From Eledone cirrhosa (taxonomy: Eukaryota): a stretch of DNA of 64,000 nt. The position numbers and the translations under genes were made by a program. Below the pieces are notes generated by a model. It made no database searches and was not told the origin of the DNA. It saw only the letters and a program-made list of their open reading frames with translations. The stretch lies in the NCBI GenBank assembly GCA_964016885.1, contig OZ024742.1, positions 136,028,001 to 136,092,000 on the forward strand. The letters are read 5' to 3'. The stretch's first letter is position 1, and every line of letters begins with the position of its first letter. Of the stretch, positions 55,121-64,000 are shown one piece after another.

Positions 55121-55286
55121 GGCAACACTCATCTTTTTCCATTTCTCCGAGGGTTATAAACCCCACTATCAGGCTAGAAATTTCTTTAGTCTAAAATACG
55201 GTGAAAGCTTATAATTTCTAATTTCTAATTTCAAACTCGCGCACCGTTTCAAAAACATACTTACATGTTTACGTTTATAATTTGTT

Positions 55287-55327
<41 letters not shown>

Positions 55328-55532
55328 TCTTTTACTCTTTTACCTGTTTCAGCCATCCGGCTGAGGCCATGCTGGGGCACCGCCCTTATATATATATATT
55401 TATTAAAATAACAGATTAAAGTTTAAGCAAAGAATCGCTGCTTTCACCCTTAACGGGATCTTCTGAAACTAACAAAGTCAATCTGTAAACGTAGAAGTGG
55501 ATATTTCAAAAAACGTTGCAATAATAATTTAC

Positions 55533-55585
<53 letters not shown>

Positions 55586-56309
55586 ACGCGTGAATTAGAC
55601 TGGTTATCTACGCACGTGGCTTACACCTTTCAGCTCGCTACTATATTGGTATATAATGGATGATCGCATTTAATGTCCGTTAAAGGTTCTTGGCACTACC
55701 ATTGTTACCATCGCTTTCCTCTAGCCATGGGGTTGGAGACATGAACCGAATTCTACCATTCTATTTTATATCAATGTGAACTGCTATTTCTAAAAGCCAT
55801 CTTTTCACCCCTTGATAATTTGTGTGTGAGAAACGTTGGCTGAGCGCTTCTGACAGGAACTAATAGATTGATTCTTTTTAGCTTCCCGTCCCCACGTAAA
55901 ATTTGTAAATCAGTGGCTAGTTGAGAGATAGAGTCCTATCGGTTGCCAGTTAATCACTTTACCGTGTCGGTTGTCACAAACAGTCATGACCGGCTCGGGG
56001 CGGTGTTTGGATTATGTCGATCGATTGGTTATTGATTAGGCGATACCTGCTGATGAAGCAGCATAAGCCATTGTGCATTGTTGCATAATATATGCAGACA
56101 GATGGTGCAGTGCACCTTACTGCTGCATTAGTGCTGCAGAAACTCGAGTCCAGGAACCTTATAGGCACCCGATTTACGTGTGTTGTGTTGAGGCAAATAA
56201 CTATGTGTATACTCTGGTAATGTATCTTACATTGCCCATCGAGTGCGCTGAGATACAACCGGTACTGGCATTGATAAATATGCTGAGTCCGTCAACCCTT
56301 ATTAATATA

Positions 56310-56380
<71 letters not shown>

Positions 56381-56545
56381 TAAGAATGAGAGAACAAATC
56401 TTCAGGTCAAGATATTTTATTCGTAATAACGCGTAACAGGTGTTTTGCAAACATCCAGCACGCTCCATTAATCGATTACAACCAGTTTCAACTCTAAGAT
56501 ACATTTGCTCATCAGAATCAAAATGTTTTCATTTCTGTGTAAATA

Positions 56546-56650
56546 ATTGTTTCTACTTTAGGCACAAGGCCAGCAATTATCCAGTGCATTACTGGTACTT
56601 TATTTTATCGACCCCGTAAGGATGAAAGGCAAAGTCAACCTCGGCGGGAT
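56546..56650 (-). mobile_element. Octopod SINE 3' half
   Basis: Homologous to the 11580 copy; another at 56953-57072. Confidence 0.8.
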
Positions 56651-57129
56651 GAAGCCTACCTATATATAATATTTCAATGACGAAAGAATGGGATGTTATG
56701 AATTGGCGGGAGTTATTATATAAGTTTGTCCACATACTCTGATGAGACTTATCATGTGTAAATTTGGAGGGGAGATCATAATGGAAAGCGCTATCGAATA
56801 CGGTAAAATGAAGTAATGCCAGTAGTAGGGTTAGGGTGTTGTATATAATTGAATCACTGTAATTTGTCATTGCAATGTTGCCTCATTGGTCACATCTGTA
56901 CAAATACTATTTGATATAAAAAGGAGAAAAAAATTTTAGATTGAGAAGAAATAATTGTTTCTATTTTTGGCACATAGCCAAGCAATTACCCAGTACATTA
57001 CTGGTAGTTTATTTTATCGACCCCGTAAGGATGAAAGGCAAAGTTAACCTCGGCGGGATTTGAACTCAGAACGTAACTAAGCTGGAAAGCATGAAATAAT
57101 GGAATGTAAAATAAGGAAATATAAAAACT

Positions 57130-57715
57130 AAATAAAAAGGAAGGGAAAGGCAAGGGCTCTAGTGTCACGGAAGAATGGGGAAAATGAAGGGTGATTTGGC
57201 TCTGGGCCTAGGGCGCGGCGGTAATGGGTTTCTGCCCCGCGGACATGGCTGTAAAAGCATTCCCACAGACAATGGCTAGCGACACCCACTGCAACAGTCA
57301 CACCACCTCGTTCCGATCTTGCGGATGAGCTCGGCAGTACGGGGTCCAAGTACGCCTGAGGTCTGGACGGTGACCGGTGCGAAGAGAAAGCGGCCGGAGA
57401 ATCACCGGTGTTTGTTTATCTTCCTTTCCTCTGCATTGCGGGCCGCAGTACCGGAGTTTGTGTCCGAAGCAATTAAGTTGGAGGCGGAGAACGTGTCAAA
57501 ACATGTGGTGTCCCAGGCGAGGGATCTACCTCCATCGGGACGCTTGCCGTCTCCGCGGACAAGTACTGTTGGCTCCAACTGTGATGGGAAGCCAGCTGCA
57601 TCCAGGCTTCTTCTCAATATGTCGGTAAGAGCATGTCGGGGGAACGGGCTGTGCTTTGGCGGCAAGAAAATGGGTGCAGGCCAAACTTGGCAACAACCGC
57701 CCCGCAACGGCATTT
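57130..57715 (-). mobile_element. CRE-clade non-LTR retrotransposon 3' fragment (RLE domain)
   Basis: RHALTDILRRSLDAAGFPSQLEP..L.RGDGKRPDG..LAWDTTCFDT.SASNL...GTAARNAEERKINKH. Confidence 0.8.
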
Positions 57716-57740
57716 CAAATTATCATTATTTTTATTAATA

Positions 57741-57929
57741 AGGGCAGTGGATTGGCAGTATCGGTAGAGGGTAGGACACCATGCTTTGTAGCATAGTGTT
57801 ACGTCCCTTTACAGTCTGAGTTCAAATCCCGCCGAAGTTAACTTTGCTTTTCATCCTTACGGGGTCGATAAAATAAAGTACCAGTAATACACTGGGATAA
57901 TTGCTGGCCTTGTGCCTAAAGTAGAAACA
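57741..57929 (+). mobile_element. Octopod SINE with 16-bp TSD
   Basis: TSD attatttttattaata at 57725-57740 and 57930-57945. Confidence 0.88.
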
Positions 57930-59529
57930 ATTATTTTTATTAATATTCTTGTAGATGATTTTTTTGTTTATTTTACAATTTTTACATAGTTAGGAAGCAA
58001 TGTTAAATAGCAGGATATATGCTACACTGGGCTTATATTTATTTCTGTTACTGATATAGTTGTCATGGATTAGAAAATATCAGGGTCTAGAGAAAATGTA
58101 AACGAAGAAGCTAGAGAGCAAAAAGAATTGTATATTTATGGGGCACACTATGACATTCGAGTGATTACTACGTCATGAATCTGTTAAAAAACAGTTCTCT
58201 AATATGAACTACATAACATATACCATTAATATAAACACTACTACAACAAACTGCACTGTTATACTCACTACCATTAAACCACATGTTTGATTACCAACAC
58301 CAAAACATCACCACTACTCTATATATATATCTGCACAATGTTGTTCCCTCCTTCATTCATTCCATTGTATCCAACAAATCCTAATACTTTCGTGCTATTT
58401 TCTTTGTCTTGTTTGTTTGCCAACCTGAAAGTCCTGTCTGGTATCTCATAAACTATTCATGTTTAGAAGACCAGTTTTTTACGTCAATATTTACTAAGCA
58501 AAATACAAGACAAGATTTATTTATTTTGTTTGAAAATATGCCATTTTATCGTGTCGTTTGTATATCAATTACGTGGTAAGAAACAGGTTGCGATACAGGA
58601 TATATAAAAACACAAAATTTAATCACATATGAATTAAAATACGGTGGTGATTGAAAATTTTGAAAATAGAATTAGAAGCTTTCACCATATAGTGTCAGCA
58701 GAAAATAGTCTAATACTAAGGTATTTTTTTCCGTTATGGGGGTTCATTTCCTTTGATATTAGATTATAGTCAATATATGGTAAAAATTCCTGATTCTATT
58801 TACAAAATTTAATATAAATATGCTAGCTTCGAAATGCTTTGAATCGCAAACTGGCAGTGTCATTAGAACATCGACTATAATGTCTTGTAGGGTTTACTTC
58901 AATTCTAGGCACTCTAAATTCAAATCACGCTAATGACAAGCTTTACATACCATCACTTTGAAGTTGATAAATAAAATATTCCAATACAAAATTCAATTTT
59001 TTTAAATCTCCCCCTTCCCCTTTTTCTATGAAAGAAATCGGCTGTTGTTAGACATGGAGAGGAAGGGATCCGTCAGATTTAAAATGTCACGACGTCACTC
59101 CCATGACTCCAACAAGTATTAAAGACTCAAAGATGAAAGGATAGATATACTTATATCGCCATGACATTTTCTTCCGGATATCAATGTATTTAATAGTTAG
59201 TTGTACAAAATACAAACAAACGCCGATCACACACACAAGAAGACAGAGGGATCATTTTATTTATATTCTCTTACGTTTCATTCACTATCGGTTAACATTT
59301 ATTTTGGGATGGATATTTAAGATCAGAATCACATATTGACTCCAAAATACAATAATTAAAATTGGTCCAATTATTTGCATAGGTATTTGTAAGAACTAGA
59401 ACAGAAGGCGAGTGACTCGTCTGCTTGGTTAGATTTCAGCATCTTCGTAATTGTATCTCCCATATCGTAATTGCTTTCATATTCGCCTCTATTCTGAATC
59501 AAGCTGTGTTAGTTCAACTGTTAATTAAT

Positions 59530-59714
59530 TGTTTCTACTTTTGGCACAAGGCCATCAATTACCCAGTGCATTACTGGTACTTTATTTTATCGACCCCGTA
59601 AGGATGAAAGGCAAAGTTAACCTCGGTGGGATTTGAACTCAGACCGCAAAGGGACGTAACTATGCTGGAAAGCATGGCGTCCGACCCTCTACCGATACTG
59701 CCAAGCCACCACCC
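59530..59714 (-). mobile_element. Octopod SINE with 17-bp TSD
   Basis: TSD ttcaactgttaattaat at 59513-59529 and 59715-59731. Confidence 0.88.
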
Positions 59715-61057
59715 TTCAACTGTTAATTAATACTCTTCCTTCAAACTCGCACTACATAGAAATGAAGATCTCCATAGATGAATTATTTGCAGAAACCTAT
59801 ATGCAAGCTATCAGCTTATTTGCTTCAATACCGATAGAGTTAACGTTATGATGATGGATTAATAGATCCATTGATTGCGAAGGGAATATGCAGCCATGTT
59901 ACTTCTTCGAGCATTTAACATTGTAGTATCGATTTGCAGATTTTTAGTTTTTAATTTGACATACATAAGTCTCAGTGTGGATATTGTAAGCTGTGATCAT
60001 GTCAGAACTACCTCAGTAAGTGTATGATCACAAGGATTATATTTAGAGTACACATATCTAAGGAATGCACAATCGCTTAGATTTTATGAGCGGACTTTTT
60101 TATTGATCGAAAAACTGAAACACAACGTCAAAACCGATGGACGTCCAACGCGTCAACTCCTCTCGTTAAGAATTCTATGGGACCTTTCTTGCTTACGTAT
60201 ACACTATAATTTAAGTATTTATTAGCATTAACAAAAGCACACACTTTTAAAGCGCAGATTTTCGTACTTATGATGTTAAGGTCATGAGTTCCTTCAAAGA
60301 CAGTTCCTTATGCTCTTGAGCTACGCGTAGTTCCAACGCTACACGCGTAGTTCCAATCCAATCAACTAGGAAAAATGAATTGTACTTATAATTCAAAGTG
60401 TCTATCTTGTCTAATGGTTTGCCATGCTGAGTCTCTCTTAGAATTACGTTAAGTTTTCCCTCAGCAGGTTAATTTTATGAGCTGACTGTTCGAACAACTG
60501 GAATATTCGCCGTCGAAATCGAAAGAGATCCTATTTCTAATACATATACACTATCCCTCCCCACACTTCCTAACATATCCATTTTCCATTTTCAACTTTA
60601 ATTAACAACTATTTATAGAATAATTTATTCCCTAGATGCGTCTCTTTAAAGACATTTTTCAACTACAAAAACTAAAATTTAATTTACTACCACAATCTGA
60701 CAGCAAGCCAAATATACTTTAGGCAAGCTACACAAGTAAATATACAACAACCACCACTACCATCACCACCATCACAACTATACCATTTATGGAATTTTCA
60801 TACCTCAATAACACTGTTTTACTGAGCCTTTAGTTATGAAAATGGATGTCACAGTCAACACCTGTATATAATGAAATTGATTCTACCATGTGTGCTGATT
60901 TATTCCAGCGGTAAATATTTGGTAATATTTGTCAATATTTATATGAGAAGTGGTATCTAAAGTCGCCCGGGAAAGAGATGACTCATCCAGTGGACAATTC
61001 TTTTGAAAATAATATTTGCAACTTTGCATAAATATATATTTTTGAAACACAAAGTCT

Positions 61058-61254
<197 letters not shown>

Positions 61255-63496
61255 CTTCTTGCCTCTGTTCTGTAACTTATTTCTTCAGCAAATAGATATA
61301 GCAAAAAATAGGTAATATGGAAAAAAAAGGAAGGAATTTGATCGACAAGATTCCAGACCTTGTTCGCTCACCGTGTGGGCTGGACTTCATCAAATCAGAC
61401 CAAAGAAACAATTTCTATTGCTGAAACTATCCACCAGTCGTAATCCTGGTAGAAAGACCAACGTGAAATAAAATGTCTGGCTCAAGGGCATAACGCATCG
61501 CCCGGTCCGGGACTCGAACTTGTAAGCTCATGATTGCGAATTTTCTAATCACTAAGCCACGAACCTTCACAAATGAGAAATTGACTAAAATAAGTGTTGG
61601 GATTGATATAATCGCCGAAAATATTTGTGATGCAAGCCAGTTCAATGGATCCGATAACGTTGCTCTTATGTTTCAAATATAGACTTTATTTGATTGTATA
61701 GCCTTTCTTCTGTCTTTCAAACACATACGTAGTTCGCTAACAATGTAGATGTTCTTTCACATATCTGACGGATGAATCATAACTGTAGGATTTCCGTTTA
61801 AAACTACTTTCAACCAAATTAACGATGCGTTTTATGCCAGTTGTTTGGACAGGCTTGACTAGGGTAACCTTTGTCTCATATGCTATCGACTTGATGTTAT
61901 ATGCCTAGGTTTACGCGAATGTAACATTAAAGGAACATATCTGATTTTCTTTTATATGTTATAAGGGACCTCATTATAGAAGTACAGATGTACCTGATCT
62001 TAACGGGACGTCAACTAAGGCTTTCATTATTTGGGAGATGCAGGGCAAAACGCCTGTGCAACAAAGCTAGGAATTTCTTACGTACGTTTGTCGGAACATT
62101 TATGGCGAAAATACGGGGAGGAACTGAATGAATTTTTCAGGTTCGTTCCTTCATCTTTTCGATAGAGGACCAGAGATGAAGTAAATAGAATCTTTGAAAC
62201 TAATATCTATCAATTCCTTTAATATATATATGGATCAAGGATGTAGTTAATATATCAAAAAAACCCATTCGATAGATTGCATTGAGAGACTATATTCGGG
62301 GAATAAGATTAATTCCATTGCCCGTAAAACAATATTTATTAATCTAAGAATCAGCAAGAGATGAGAAGTCATTTGCACAATTGAGTGTATCAACAGGAAA
62401 GATTCGGAAGTGGAAGAGTATTAAGCTTTAATGTCAATTAAATATCTGAAAAGACTAAAAAATAGAAATTAAATAGGATCAAGACTAACAATGGCATCTT
62501 TGTACAGTCCGATAAAACTAAAACCTCCTGCGAGATTGACAAACAAACCTACGGAGTCAATACAAACATAACGGCATGGTAATGTATGTGTGTGAGAAAA
62601 AAACAAACGATATAAGGCTGAGTGAGTGAGTGAGCAAGTGAGAGAACATGGCAAGGGTTATAGTGAGCATCCATCAGGCAGATTAGTAAAGGGAGTGTAG
62701 TTTTGTATGAGAGCGGGAAAGATAGAGAAATCTATAGAGCGCGGGTGCGTGTGTGTGCGTGAACGTGAGAAAGTGAAAGAAAAAGAGAGTAAGTATGATT
62801 GGTGGAGAGAAAGAAGGTAGAGTATGATTAATGCTGGTCCAGCTTTACAAGACCTGCTGCACGCCAGTATAAATACAGACATACAGCAAAATGAATAAGA
62901 GCGGGCAGGCTTGTGCGAATGGGTCATGGGACAAAAATGTTGATATTGCTGTCCATGTAGAGGGATGTTTGTATGTGTGTGTGTGTGTGGGGGGGGGGGG
63001 GGTGTCCTTCTGTATGTGTGTGTGCGTCGGTGCATATAACGTGGAGTTTAGTGAATGCCCATTATGTGTATATGTATGGTGTTTAGACGTATGAATGTGT
63101 GACCGAGAAAGTTGTTTTGTGGACTATGTAGTTATGCATGCGTACATACTATGCTTTCTTTTGATATTAGCTGTGTGGTATGAGGTAGAGAATTGGCAAA
63201 ATTGTAGAACGCCGGATAGACTGTATGGCAGTATTCGAACCGATTCGCCGCTCTGGGTTTATATTCCACTGAGATCAACTTCCATTCACCCTTCCGAGGT
63301 TGATACATATCAGAAGCACCGGATCTTTTTCTCTTCCTTTATCTTTACTATAAATATATAAAGTGTAGTTTAATGCAGTTTCACTTTAAAATATTTTTTA
63401 TTGTATATTGACCGATACGTGCATATATATGTGTGCATGTATGTATATATATATATACATACTACTGTAAGTCTGTATACATATATGTATGTACGT

Positions 63497-63562
<66 letters not shown>

Positions 63563-64000
63563 TGAGAGAGAGTGAGAGAGAGAGAGAGACAGAGAGGGTG
63601 GGGAAAAAGGATTTGAGAAAATGAGATGGGAGAAACAGATGTATGTGTGAGTGTGTTTGCACAGTCCTGGGTGTATTTGCTTCTCCTATAAAATACCGCA
63701 TTAAAACAACGGTGAAGTGTGAACAATCTTGTTTTTATATATACGACCACTAATCAGAGAAGTACTCGAGTACTCGATTCATGGTATGATGTAGAATGGT
63801 GATATCATTGAAAGTAGAGTGTGTATGTATGTATGTAAGTATGTTCTTCTGGTTTTATAATTTCACAAAGTTTTACCAATAGAGAGAGAGTCGGTTTCTA
63901 ACATAGACACAAGACTCTCTCATTGGAACTTACACAACATCAACTAGGTAGGTATATATGCATGCATGTGTAGATATGGATGTTATTGTATGTGTGGATG

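Noticed and set aside
55430-55470. CAGAAGA-TCCC/GGGT-GAAAG motif (also ~20775-20802)
   Set aside because: U4 is replaced and there is no NUH or stem I.
56048-56070. tgCTGATGAagcagca
   Set aside because: No downstream GAAA or stem III.

Overview
This is AT-rich, microsatellite-saturated eukaryotic non-genic DNA. The abundant tRNA-derived SINE and the (TA)n/(CA)n/(GA)n load point to an octopod cephalopod (inference). I can support no host protein-coding gene; nearly all listed ORFs are microsatellite artefacts. Recognisable mobile DNA: a Penelope-like retroelement (RT + GIY-YIG, Naiad/Neptune-like), a full-length dead hAT (Buster/Charlie-type) transposon with TIRs and an 8-bp TSD, a 4-kb non-autonomous Helitron and a probable small one, Tx1/L1-like, RTE, CRE and R4-like LINE fragments, and many SINEs. 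The main hidden signal is about 19 type I hammerhead-ribozyme motifs from about 9 sequence families. Most sit in 400-600 bp non-coding units arranged as head-to-tail tandems capped by an inverted partial copy and inserted in (TA)n tracts. Several are atypical (U3-A8 compensatory core, C10.1-A11.1 mismatch, very long stem II, a possible nested ribozyme). One family is physically the 3' terminal repeat of the Penelope-like element in the window, which suggests a diverse non-autonomous retrozyme/pLTR system mobilised by such elements. Structures were read by eye; no folding or database search was run.
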